A stretch of DNA of 64,000 bases from Calcarisporiella thermophila CBS 279.70 (taxonomy: Eukaryota; Fungi; Calcarisporiellomycota), in assembly GCF_041956535.1 (NCBI RefSeq), contig NW_027192196.1, positions 266,921 to 330,920 of the forward strand, given 5' to 3'. This document shows, piece after piece, positions 40,701 through 53,896 of the stretch; the stretch's first letter is position 1, and every line of letters starts with the position of its first letter. A program made the translations under genes and the position numbers. A model generated the notes under the pieces. The model made no database searches. It had not been told where the DNA came from and worked only from the letters and a program-made list of their open reading frames with translations.

Positions 40701-41718
40701 TCGAATTGCAATTGGCTTACTTTCCGTCCGCATATCCCAGAAGGCGAGCGTTCCATCTTCGTAGCCTGCTACGAAATGCTCGCCATCCGGCCGCCAGGCA
40801 ATCACCGTGAGAACCGGTTTTGGGTGGGATGCATTGAAAGGTAGCTCAAACACTGAATCGACATTGCGCTCCTTCACATCCCAGAGCATCACCGCACTCG
40901 GATAGCCGATCAGCAGATACCTAGGATTGCGCGGGTGTATTTGCAGTGCGGTCACCATTTCCGAGCGCTTTTTATTCGAATCCCCTACTCTCTTCTCACT
41001 ATCTTTCTCGCACAAAGCTCGATATTCATCTAGTAGATTTGGAATCATATAGGCAGCAATGCATTTTCGATCCAAATCCACAACCTCTACTCTCCCATCT
41101 CCCATTCCCAAAAACAGCCAATCGGTTCCAATTACCAGTTCAACACTTGTGACAATATTCGGAGAGCAATAGGAGAAAGTTTCAGTCCGAGTGGTAAGGT
41201 CAAATACAGTAAGGGTATTGTGCTTGTCGATAGCTACAAGCAATGGATTTCCGGGGCAAAAGTGCAGGAATTTGAGGAAAGCTGGTTTAAATGTTTCGAG
41301 GGGGAAGGAAATCCCTTTTCCGAAAATATGAATTGTGCCATTGTTGGTTCCTGGAGCAATATTACAAAATGTTATTAAGGTTACAGAGTATGGAGGGTAA
41401 TAGCTAAAAAAAAAAAGGTACCTAACGCCAACAAGCCCTGAACAGGATCGTAGGCAATTACTGTGACCAGCCCAGACATTCCATAGACAGATATCTAAAA
41501 AAAAGTAGATTTTCCTCTGGTTATTATTTGAATAAAATAAAAAAAGGGAACAATAGATCTACCTGTTCAAAGCTAAAGTCTTCTTCGCTTACTCCCTCGC
41601 TCAGATTCTGCTCCATGGCGCGTTTGATATGTTCTTTATTTAGTTTCTGTTTCAACGTGGAAGCTTCTTTGCTTAGCGCAGAATAGAGATTCGCTTGCCA
41701 TCTATTTAAGAACGACAT
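37752..41718 (-). CDS. Tomosyn/Sro7/Lgl-family WD40 protein with C-terminal R-SNARE motif
   Basis: IAYDPVQGLLALGTNNGTIHIFG, LLIGY, WRPDGEHFVAGYEDGTLAFWD, PLTGG and VTAHADASLRFWD; C-terminal ALHERGQRLNELTEKFEETANASADF...KKWYEF. Confidence 0.9.
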
Positions 41719-42081
41719 TTCGATTGTGGGAAAATAGGTCGGAGCCTTTAGAGGGTGCCTACATGTATAGGATACAGCTGATGATGAATAGGTGTTCTAC
41801 AATTGCTTGATGGGATCTAAATATCTATGCAAGAGCACTTTGAATGTGGTGGCAAGGCGCAGTCACTAATGTTCCAGGTCGAAATTAGGGAAAGGGATAA
41901 ATTTATTATTATTTTAAGGGGGGGGAAGGGGGGTGGAAAAAGTCACGGATGGAAGATTATACAAATGTATTACTCATTTAGATCACACTAATGTGAAAAA
42001 CTATTATACTATTATACTATTGCTATTTACATTATCTCATCGGCCAGTCCATAAGTATAGACTATAAATATTCCTTCCAAT

Positions 42082-44750
42082 CTAAAGTGTCTGGATGCCT
42101 CTAGTTACCTTACCCCACATCTTCACCTCTTGTTCTCTTCTCATTTCCCGAATACGCTCTTCTAGTTGCGACTTCTGTTCTCTCTCACGTTCCAGCACTT
42201 GGGCATGCTCATCCTTGAGTTCGGCCAACAGCTTTCGGAACTCACGTCGCAGCGAAGTAGTCGACATATCTTCTGTTATGTTCAAATTCCGAATTTTCTC
42301 GCTTGTGAGGCTCATTTCCAATTCCTCGACACGGGATTGTAGGGAAGAGATCATAGCCATATCAGACTGTTCCTCCGCATCGCGGGAGGTGAGATAGGCA
42401 GTGAGGCGCTCAAATTCGTTCTGCAAGTAGTCGAACTCTGCCTGCAAACCGTCACGCTCGATCCGCAATTGTTTAATCTGTTCATTTCGCGCAGATATTT
42501 CGGTCTCGAGCTCTCTCAGGGCATCGGATTGATGACCCTGAGTTGACCCAGAGCTTTCCCTAAACGACCGGGCCGCCTCTCTTTCAGTCACTTGCGCAGC
42601 AGTCCGCTCCAAAGCGCACTGAATTATCTCACGTTCAGACTCCACTACCCGGATGCGTTGCTCTAAATCCTCGATATGTGCCCTAGCATTTCGGAGCTCT
42701 GCTTCCGCTTTTCCATTGTCAGATTGCTTATGTTCTACATCCGCACGGTAAGCAGCAAAGTCCTCCGCGACCGACTGGAGTTCCATTACACGGTCCATCA
42801 GGAATTGCTTCTCGTCCAACTGTTGCCGCACCCTTGCTGCAAACAATTCTAAACTGAATTCTTCGTTTTGCCCCTCTTTCTCAGGTATATTGGTCGAGAT
42901 CTCGGAGAAGAGTGAACGAAGTGTTGTCATGGTGCTCTGTAGCTGCCCGCTAAGTTCACTTCGCATTTCATCTGCTTCATACAGCCGATCTTTCAGAGAG
43001 TCGGAAAAATTGTCGCTCGATCGTCGAATATTATTCTGCGCTTCGAGCTTGAATGCATTCAACTCTTGCTCCAATTCTTCAATCCTCTCTTTATACTGCC
43101 GTATTTCTTGATCTTGAGAGACCTGCCCCGTCTCCACCAGCGTCTGTTGCACTAGCGAGTGAAGGCTGTCTGGCGAGTATTTCTCAGATCTACGCTCGAG
43201 TTCATTCTCGAGCTCTTGTGCGTGGGTTCGAGATGCCGCAAGTTGAGCTTGTAGATGGTTAAATGCTTCTTGCAAATCAGCAAAGCGCTGCTGTATGTTA
43301 GGCGAGCCCGCGTCATTCGAACAACTCAACTCGACGCCCGAATCTGCAGTTACCGATTGGAGGCCACAGCTCCATCTGGTTTCGTTGTCGCAGTCGTCCG
43401 TCAGCTCGAGGCCTGCACCCTCCTTTACTAGATTTTTGCAGTTTTCGCACTCCTGTTGGCGGTGCTGCAAGCGCTGCAGCATATCAAGGCTTGTGCCCAC
43501 CTCTTCTAATTCGGAGCGCAGCTCTGCAATGATGCGCTCTTTCTCCTCCAGCTGTGATTCTACAGTTCCATTAAGCATATATGATTTGAGTTGTGACTTA
43601 AGTGCATCGATCTCGTGGTCGCGTGCAGTGACTTTCTTTTCAGAATCTGACACAGCCGATTGGAGATGAACGATCAGGTTGTTAAGATATTTAATCTTCT
43701 CCTTCATATCCCTGTTCAAAGTGGAGAGAGCTGTGTAAATATCATTTCAGTGTGTCTGATATTTTTTATTTCTACGTACACTTCCTGATGCGTATCTCCA
43801 TAACCGTTCATTCCCGTGGCCTGATCTTTAGCTTGTCTTAGCTGCTCCTCCAGTCGCCGCACTCCCAAACCTAATACCCCCGCCATGTGTTGCAAAAGCT
43901 GCTTCTGCACGTCGCTTTCCCGTTGAGTCAGCCGCGCAAGTTCCGATGCAACCTGCTCAGTTTTACGATTTGCGGCAGCCAGTTGCTCATTTGCTTGCTT
44001 TAGGAGTTTGCGGTGGTTTGCATGCAGTTTGGTGAGGGCCACTGCTGCATCCTGGATTTTAGTTTCAATCGCCAAGCGGGCGGTAAGGGTGGCAATACGA
44101 CCTATAAGCATGGCATGGTCCTAATATTGTATTGAAAAGGAGTATTGAGTTAAATATCTATATGAATGAAGCGCGTAGAAACATAATATTCCTACTTTTT
44201 TCAGTTCTTCAACCTCTTCAAGGGACAATATAGCAAACTCCTTTGCATCTGCGGCCGCTTGTGATATTTGCAATTGAATCAATAAGTCATCGGTTTGCCT
44301 CAAGGTACTATTCAATACGGAGCTCGAGTCTTGCTGCGAAGGAAACCCCATTAACACTGAAGACATTGCAGCAGGAGACGGGGAAAGCACTCCGACTTCT
44401 GTGTTCATGAAGGCGCGAGAACTTTGGGGTCTGCCATTGGTGTCAGGGCTTCTGATATCAAGGGAGGCTCGCGGTGATGAATGGATTAGGCTAGAGGATC
44501 GGGCATTTATAGTGGGGGATAACTGAATATGAGGTAGTGCACGCGATACATCCGACATGAAGGAGTTGCCACGATCACCAACAAAAGAGGTCTCGTTATT
44601 ATCCACTGAAATCCGGTGTATTCGGTGCGAAGGAGGCCGTGGGCGTGGCAGCTCGTCTATTGAGGGAGGAAGTGGAGGCACAGGTTTGTCAATAGACGCG
44701 GAAAAAGTATTTTGTGGTCGAAGTTGAGAAAGAAACGGGATAGTTGGCAT
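42082..44750 (-). CDS. Uds1 (up-regulated during septation 1) domain coiled-coil protein, 3 exons
   Basis: DAKEFAILSLEEVEELKK...LAIETKIQDAAVAL...LLQHMAGVLGLG, long coiled coil, and TSLRREFRKLLAEL near the C-terminus. Confidence 0.82.
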
Positions 44751-45736
44751 TGGAATAATCGCTAAATAAAATGAAGGCGAAAAAAAAGTTAACGTTGCTT
44801 TAACTCGTGGTCGAACGGCCGGAACACTAACACTATTTGGAACGCAAAACCCTAAGTATAAAGTTGCTTTGTTTTGATGGCGGAAGGGTCCAGTGTGAAA
44901 TGGCAGCAAGATTCTGGACGCCGGAAAATTTCAGTAGTGTCACGCTCAACGATACAAGGAAATCAGACGAGAAGCTTTATAAGGGCAGAGGTAATTATCT
45001 ATGACCTCGGGTCATATGGGCAGAACAAAAGTGACAGTGCCTGGCAACGGTATTTTTAGAACTGCAGTGATAAATTAAAACCATGACTTCGATGCAAACC
45101 CCCAGGCTGAACCCGTGGCACAGTGCACCCCTGTGGTGATTTGCTCCCGTTTCTTGGGAGACGCAGCTCTCCTTTTTGGGCTAGCAAGATTGCCGATTCA
45201 GTAGAAATGCTGAAATACAGACAATGAAATCTCGATTTCTCGCACATTTCGGCTGTTTCCCTTTTTTTTCCGCATATTTAAGCTCTTGGCTTTACGCGAT
45301 CCCTCCGTACCCATATGCATTAAATGCTCTTTGAATGAGTGCGTCGAGCTGCTATCTAATTTATTGGGCTCCCCTTTTCTTTACCGCAATATCTAACCTC
45401 CCAATCCGTTATTTTTTGTACCAATATTTTAATTTGCATCATTTCGCAGCCCAAATCTTGCAAAACCTGATAATAGATATCTACGCAAGGGTTAGTAGAA
45501 TCTTTCCCCACTGCTTGAGCACACTATAACCATCTTCTTTAATTGATGCAGATCACATTATAACCCAGTACATAGAGCAATTCCATTGTCTATTTGCAGT
45601 TGATCTGATGTCTCGATAAAGTTTATTAGGACAGACACCTAACCAGGTTTTCCGTCCATACACTTTACAATACATTTCATTAGCTTTTTATTCGACGGCG
45701 TCTCTTGCTACTTGTTCTCATACCATTAATCTTATT

Positions 45737-47944
45737 ATGGACAAATTCCTTGGTACTATGAACCCAACTCCTGATGAGACTTCGGATAATCTCCCAAAGG
45801 CGACTCCTTTCGGCCCAGTTCCACCCCCAGCCAGTATGTGATATCCTGACATTTTAATGAACCAATGAATTTAATTCTCAAAGATATTAAATTTTTAGGC
45901 TCAAAATACTCTGGAATTTATTCCAGCACTGGTTTCGATATGATCGGCGTTCTCGCACGCCTTGCTAACAGGTGTGTTTTCAAACTCGAAGCATTTCTAT
46001 CTCTACCCTTTTCAGTTATTTACCCCCGACTTGAAAGGCCAAATCCACAGATAAACATAGGCCCCATCGATTTCTCATGCTCTTTCCTTGTAGTGGATGC
46101 TCGCAAATACGATTTCCCTATAGTATACATGTCCCCGAACTTTGAGAGATTGACCGGGTACTCTTACAAGGAAATTTTAGGGCGCAACTGTCGCTTCCTA
46201 CAAGCTCCAGACGGCCACGTCACACTCGGGTCCCGCCGACGATATACTGACAACTCATCCGTGTTTCATCTCAAAAATGGACTTCTCTCGGGCAAAGAAT
46301 GCCAGGCACCCCTGATTAACTACCGCAAGTCTGGACAGCCCTTCATGAATCTGGTTTCAATTATCCCTATCACTTGGGATAGTGATGAGATTGCTTTCTT
46401 TGTTGGATTGCAAGTGGTACATATTTTCATTGCTCCAGGACAATACGAACCGTGTATAACATAAGTATTTTCTCCGGATAGGACTTGGTCGAGCAGCCCA
46501 ATGCCATATTGGAACGTATGAAAGACGGTACCTACTCAGTCAACTATCAGCTCATCGATATCCCGGCGTATATCCCTGGATGTGAGTCCGTACATAATGA
46601 ACTGAACACATTTGTCATTTCATCTCTCTTTCCCGTTTGATAGCATTCTTTACAGGCGCCGACCTAGGGGATGATTTTTTCCGTGATCAAACAACTAATC
46701 CCGCGCTCCCTGCATCTGAGGAAGCACTTAAACTGCTTGGATCCCCTCTCCCTGATGACATAGAGACAACAAAAGAACTCTGGTACAAAATGCTGCTTGG
46801 CCAGTCGGCAGACTTTATACATGTATTGTCACTTAGGGGCGTGTTCCTGTATTGTTCCCCGAGCGTGCGCGAAGTGCTAGAGTATGAGCCGGAAGAGATT
46901 GTCGGGCGGAGTTTAAGTTCATTGTGCCATCCAAGCGACATTGTCCCATTAATGCGCGAGCTAAAGGATAATTCCAACCACTCCAATGGAGTTAACCTGC
47001 TCTATCGTATCATGCGCAAGCACTCCGGATATATGTGGCTGGAATGCTACGGGAAGTTGTATATGGACCCTGGAAAGGTGAAAAAATGCTTTGCTCTAGT
47101 GGCGCGAGAGCGCCCCGTTTTCTCTCTGACTCGGAAAAAGTTGCAGGCAGCGGGAGGAATGGTGCTGAATGAACTCTGGTCAAAACTCACGTTGGAAGGC
47201 TTGTGGATGTTTACGAGCAGTTCTAGTTCTCAACTCCTTGGTTTTACTCCCAGCGAGCTTATTGGCATGTCCCTCTATCAGCTTGTTCGAGCCGACCAGG
47301 CAACGAAATTAACACGGGCCTTGAACCGTGCTAGCAAAGGCATAACTGAGCCCATACAGCACTACATTCAAACAAAAAAGGGTCAATACATCGAGGTCGA
47401 ATCGGTATTCTATCCGGGACAAGTAGACGCCAACGGGAATGTGCTCTTCCTTCTAAGTCAAATTAAGGAGGTTGGATCAGAAGCAATCCTCTCTATTCAC
47501 ACTCCCGATTTCGCAGAAGCAATGAGCGTGGATTCTTCCTCTTCGTTAGTGACATCTTCACCGATAGAAGTCGAGCACCAGACCAAGGACAACATCTTTG
47601 ACGAGCTCGAACTGGTACGCAGCACAAGCTGGCAGTATGAAATTCACCAATTGCAGGTGGCTAATAAGAAGCTGCGCGAACAAATCGAATCCTATTCTCT
47701 AACCACCGGACACAATGGTAAAAATGGACAGCGCAAGCGGAAAAAATCGCAGATGCAGCAACAGAATCTCATATGTTCACAGTGCCATCGAACTGACTCT
47801 CCAGAGTGGCGAAGAGGACCTCTCGGCCCAAAGACTCTCTGCAATGCATGCGGCCTGAGGTATGCAAAACAGGTAGCTGAGGGCAAAAGCACAGAGACTC
47901 CTAGTGAACATGCCAGTAGTGAACAGAAATTATTCGAGGAGTGA
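45737..47944 (+). CDS. wc-1: White collar-1 blue-light photoreceptor (LOV-PAS-PAS-GATA zinc finger)
   Basis: YSSTGFDMIGVL, GRNCRFLQ (photoactive Cys), INYRKSGQPFMNL, PAS HVLSLRGVFLYCSPS..CHPSD, RSTSWQYEIHQL and GATA CSQCHRTDSPEWRRGPLGPKTLCNACGLR. Confidence 0.95.
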
Positions 47945-48299
47945 GGTTCACCCACCCCCTCGAGGGCTCGGCTTTCTATTCTTGTTTTTCTGCTAATCAA
48001 TATCCACTACTTCCAAGTTGGATGGAGCGGCACTGATACTAAATTTCTTCATTTTGCTTTTTTCGTTTTATTTTTTTTTTATTTTATTTTATATCTTTGG
48101 TTCCCAATTGTACCATAGTTGATGTAGATCGCACGTTCTTTTAATTTAGCTTAAAATTAATCCGACAATTTTAGAAATGCTCTTGCAAGTTGATTAAGAA
48201 GCATTTGAAGATTTAAACTTTTAGCTCCATCAAGCCAAGGCTTAATCGGTATAGAGTGATATCCAAATGATTTTAATCAATTGTTTAAAATAGCCAGAC

Positions 48300-49739
48300 T
48301 CAAACTACAGATTCTTTAAGCCAATCCCACACTTGATGAACTACAATCTCTTCCTCTCGCGATATAGGACCAAACTCGGCCAATTTCCGCATTGCTTGGC
48401 TGATGCCATTCATATCAAACTGGCATCCTATTAGAGCATCTTCCATTGTCCCTATCAGTCTCGCCCAAGAAGAGTCCGTCTTCAACTCTATCTCGTTAAT
48501 AAGAGCATGTCGTGATTTAATTTTCCCTTGCACGTTTCCCCATTCAAACGTGTGTTCGAACTCGTATGTGAATTCAGGAGTCTGTCCATAGATCCAATTC
48601 CAGGTCTCGAGTTCTTCTTTGACGCGCTTGACCTCAGAAATGCTAAGAGCGCTGGCTTCATCGACCATCGTTGGTTCAATTGCAGCATCATTAAAATTGT
48701 ATTTGTTGATGAAGAGATCAGTGACGGCTTCACAAAAGGATGGGTGGTCAACTGTCCATGAGAAATCGCGAAGATTGGCGACTGGAGATCGAACCGATGC
48801 GACCCCTTTAGATATCAATTTTGTCTATAACGGGACTCATATTAATAAATGGTTCTACTTAGCTTCACTAGCACTCTCTTACTTTATCGTTTCTAAGGTA
48901 TTTTCTCAGTGCTTCTAAATCTGTGTCTATTAGCATGGTGCCATGGTGATAGGCTCGTTTATTGATAAGTTTATATGCCGATCCAGATACTTTGTACCCC
49001 TCCACCGCAATATCGTGACGCTCATTGACGTATGCCGGGATGTCTAGGTGTTCTAATGCCCTGGCGACAAGTTGCGCATTACTGCGGCGGTCAAAGGCAT
49101 CTCGGGGCATAATTACGCTATAATTGCTATTCCCGATATCCTTAAATCCGCAAGTTAATAGATAGAACAAGCGTGGGAGAATTATATCCAGCATTTACGT
49201 GAAAGACTGTCCCCCCTCCGCTACGGCGTCGAACCAACGGAATGTTATCTTTACGCAAGGCGCTAAGATTGCATTCTTTAAAGGGATTCTGACATAGAAA
49301 TATTATATATATACTATGGAATAAGAAAATAAGTACTGATAAAACTAACCTGGTTTCTGCCAATTACTACACATGAACTATTGCGCCATAAAAACAAAAT
49401 ATACTTGCTAGGATCTGTATGGCGAAAGAGCCTTGATAAAAATGGGTCTAGCCAAGCTTTCACGAAAAAAATGAGCGCAGAAAATTACTATACCATTCTT
49501 CGAATGCTAGGTTTAGATAAGGGTTTCTAGCCTTTGAGATGTAGCACTCTACAGTCTAGAAAATGTAAGAGTTAAAAAAGGGTTAAGAAAACTGGCATTC
49601 TATTCATAAAATGCAGTTTGATGCTTTCCTGCTCATTTCTATTTTCTAGTTTAAAAGTGGAGTAAAAATATTTGGGGACACTCGCGGCCCTCTTTCGACA
49701 CAGAAACAAACCGCTAGGAGGAGTGAATGCAGCCCTCAT
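48300..49739 (-). CDS. AIM22: Lipoate-protein ligase A / lipoyltransferase (AIM22/LIP3-like), mitochondrial, multi-exon
   Basis: [79 protein letters not shown] and WIYGQTPEF. Confidence 0.92.
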
Positions 49740-49899
49740 GCCCAACACCTTTATTAGTTGTTGAACTTAATAGGTACGAAATATATATTGTGACTGCAAA
49801 TTTCTTCAAGCCACCCACAGAGAACTAAAAAGTAGCTCGACTTAATAACTCGGTAATTGTCTTCGAGTATTAAATAGTAGGAGAAGGGCCGGTGACCAA

Positions 49900-52027
49900 A
49901 TGTCGCTCGAAATAGAGGCCGCAGAGTAAATATCAGATTAATATCTTTCACACTGTCTTCTCGAACAATATTTTACGAATGACATTGGCAAATATTGTGT
50001 AGTGTGATTCGACTAATCGAACAATTTCTGAAGGAGAACAATCTTCATCGTACACTTGCCACTCTCCAAGTAATATTTTAACTGCTCAAAAAAATGGTTG
50101 TGGGTTCATTTTATTTAACTTTGCACTACTACCAGGAGGAATCTACAATTTCCTTGAATACGGTCGATAGCTCAGAAGGCTTTAAAGACGATGTTATCAG
50201 TGGACGTTGGGATGTTGTCTTGCGTACCGTTTCGCAGCTTAATCTCCCACAACGAAAACTAATTGATCTCTATGAACAAGTAATGTGTATTTGTTTCCTT
50301 ATGAGAAGCAAGTCTATTGCATCTGATATCTCCTGTTGAATTTTAGATCGTAATAGAATTGATTGAAATGCGTGAAATCGGAGCCGCACGGAGCTTATTA
50401 AGGCAAACTGAGCCTATGCAGATTTTACGAGACCAATTCCAGGATCGGTATTTGCATTTGGAACATTTGTTGTCTCGGGTTACTTTCGATCATAAAGATG
50501 CTTATTCAGAGGGTATGACGAAAGAAAAGCGGCGACAAATTATTGCGCAAGGTATGCCTCTAGAAAATCAAAAGGGATATACCTACCAGACATCATATGT
50601 AGTTTCACATAGCATTATCACATGAGGTGACCGTTGCCCCACCCGCCCGGCTCTTGACCTTACTTGGCCAGGCAATTAAATGGCAGCAGCAACAAGGCTT
50701 AATCCCACCGGATGCCGAATATGATTTATTTCGTGGTGCAGCTCACATTAGTCGCTCGGAAGAAGATGCTCCACCAAACCATTTATACAAGACCATTCGA
50801 GTGAGCCTATTGCATTCATCACATTCTCTATTAAATGCTAACATATATACTGCTGGAACAGTTTTCGAAAAAACAGCACCCAGAAAGTGCTATTTTCTCA
50901 CCCGATGGACAATATCTTGTTACCGGTAGCATTGATGGATTCATAGAGGTATGGAATTATCTCACGGGGAAATTACGAAAGGACCTCAAATACCAAGCCG
51001 AGGTAAGTCCATACATCGTTTCTCAATGTTTAGTGTGACGAATAAGTGGTAACCAACATATGTAGGAAAATCTGATGATAATGGATTCAGCCGTACTCTG
51101 CTTGAATTTCAGTCAAGATAGCGAAATGCTGGCATCAGGTGCACAGGATGGTAAAATTAAGGTATAGGAGTACATTTTTAGCTCAATTGGATGTAGATGT
51201 GGAGTAAACCTCTTTTTCTGTTTAGGTGTGGAAAATTCAAACGGGTCAGTGCATTCGGCGGTTTTCCCCCGCCCATAGTCAGGGAGTGACTTCCGTTTGC
51301 TTTTCAAAGGACGGGAACCAAATATTAAGCGCTAGTTACGATCACACAATACGGTAATCGGGCCTTTTAAAAAGCCAGGCTTGCAATGATGTTAATCTGT
51401 AATTTTACTTAGATTGCACGGATTAAAATCAGGGAAAACTTTAAAAGAATTTCGAGGGCACTCTTCATTTGTAAATAATGCGGTTTTTTCCTTGGACATG
51501 ACTCGTGTTATCAGTGCAAGTAGTGATGGAACCACTAAGGTATTCCTGATCAGTAGCTTTTTATTTAATTAACTGAATGCTTAAATTATTTCTAGATTTG
51601 GGATAGCAAATCTACAGAATGCTTGTTTACCATCACTCCTCAGGAAGGCATTGGTACAATCGCAGGGGTTGGAGGACACACCATCAACTCTATTGTCCCC
51701 CTCCCGAACAATTTGGATCAAGTTCTTGTTTGCTGTAAATCCCCTAATCTCTTTCTTATGACAATGCGTGGGCAAGTCCTCAAGACTTATACGCATGGTA
51801 AGGAGGTAGGGGCGAACTTCGTAGGATGTGCACTCTCTCCACAAGGGGACATCGTATACTGTGTGGCAGAGGATCGAAATATGTATTGCTTTAATCTAAA
51901 AACTGGGGTGTTGATGTGCGAATTCAAATGCGGAGATGGTGAAATTATCGGCATAACATCGCACACATTCTCGAATATAGCTGCGGTGTATTTAGACGAT
52001 GGAATTTTATCTTTGTTTAAGGCTTAA
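49900..52027 (+). CDS. SMU1: SMU1 spliceosomal LisH-CTLH-WD40 protein
   Basis: [84 protein letters not shown] and [12 protein letters not shown]. Confidence 0.95.
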
Positions 52028-52235
52028 AATAATATAATTTCTATCTTCTTTCCGCTAATATCCAATAAAGTTAGAAATGGGAATGTATTTTTTTTTCTTT
52101 TGCTTCTTGTGGAAGTAGTTTGAGAATAACGGGCTCTATCAGATTATTTTATATCCTCCTTAAACATTTAGGGGAAACTAAAGCATATATTTACACGAGA
52201 ATCGATAACCCATTAAGTAACCTCTCACTTTCCCT

Positions 52236-53741
52236 TTAATCCTCATCGCTATCCCTCGCCTCCCCCTCCTCCCTGCTAGGCTGCCTCTCCATCTCCACCC
52301 CTAGGCCCATCACCATGTCCTCGTCATCTCGTATTTCACTCTGAGATCTCGATGTGTCGGCAACCGATATTTTCGGGGATGGAAATCCGGTAAATGGAAG
52401 GGGTGATGGCTGTTGTGAAGCAGGGGTGGATGCAGGAACACTACTCGAGCCATCTCGGAGAGCATTGGTAACTAGAGCACGAGAAGCTGAGGATGAAGAA
52501 GCTGGGGTGCCTCTTCTTGGAGCGATAGGGCCATTCTCCTGTACAAATCCCTCCTCTTCCTCCTCCTCTTCCTCCTCCTCTTCCTTCTCCCCCTCCTTCT
52601 CCCCCTCCTCCTGCAGAGTATCTCTATTTCCACTTCTATTCCTTGAATCAGCATCCTCCATCACCACCTCTCGTGATTCCTCTTCGTTCTCACTCTGGGC
52701 AGCACCAGCTCTGTTCTCTTCATTCTGATGATCCTCCATTGGTGATAGTCTCGGGCTCTCACTTGGAGAGCTTCGCTCGCTCTCCCCTTCTTCTCCTTCT
52801 GTGGCCTCGGCGCGAATCTCCTCTACCCTATGATGCAATCTAGCTGCAGATATATTAGGGGTTCCTGGTTCAGGGGCTGGTGAAGCAAAGGGTGCGAGAG
52901 AATTTAGCGCGGTTCCCTCGCGCTCCTCTCGAATTGTCTCACGAAGTTCGTATATGGCCGTAATAAGCGCTTGGAATTGCTTCACCCGTCTCTCAAAAGT
53001 AGCTTCGTGGGCTCGCTTTTCCTCTTCGAGAAGCTCAATGTCTAATTTCAGCTTTTTAATGGTCCTGAAGTGAAGTATTAGATGTAAGATAACCGAGTCA
53101 AAATATAAAATCCAAGAGAAAAATTTACTCTTGTGAGCTCTCCCGGGTGGGCAGTTTGTTAAGCTTCATAGTAAGAACATCGTACTCCATCTGACGCTGT
53201 CGATCTTGTAACACTGAAGCGAACTCTGATCTTAATCCTTTGATTTCCTTTTGAGTGTTTGCAATCTCATTCTCTAATGAACAGCCTATTGATTAGCTTC
53301 AACTCTAAAATAAAAGGTAGTCTCAAGCATACCTAGTCTTTCATATTCACTTAAATAATAATTAGATTCATCCTCTGCCATATCCTCGACTAATTGATTA
53401 CGGAGCATATTTAGTTCATACTGAGAGATCTCGGCTAGAAGCATCTGATAATCATTTTCTCTAAAAATAACATGAATTAGATTTAGGTAAGTTAAATATT
53501 AGAAAAAAATCAAGGTATTTACGCCTCTTGTAGCGATTTTTCCGGAAGTTTTGCTGTCCATTCTAAGTATCGATTAATTAACCGTCTTAATTGGAGCTCT
53601 TTAACAACTAGGCGGTTGCGAATCAATGCATCTATAAAAGAATTAACGAAGAAGACGAGAAAATTTAATCAGCATATTGGGATTAGCATGTTAACAAATA
53701 GAAGATTATATGGGCAGCGATGTACCTTCGTCTGCGTTCAT
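52236..53741 (-). CDS. THOC7: THO complex subunit 7 (THOC7/Mft1-like) with a long acidic disordered C-terminal tail
   Basis: MNADEDALIRNRL..., coiled coil, RQRQMEYDVL..KLNKLPTR and FERRVKQFQALITAIYEL. Confidence 0.8.
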
Positions 53742-53896
53742 TGCGATTAATTATATTTATTATGCTATAGTAACGTAAAAGCAGATATTTGATAACCTCG
53801 ATTTTTGGATCCAGACGACGCAGTCAAAAATCTCTACTTTTCATTCATATATCCCTCCACGTACTAACCACATTAATTGATTTCCGTTTTCAAACA

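Noticed and set aside
51540-51595. SMU1 intron starting GTATTCCT as a possible U12-type intron
   Set aside because: Does not match RTATCCTT and has no TCCTTAAC branch site.
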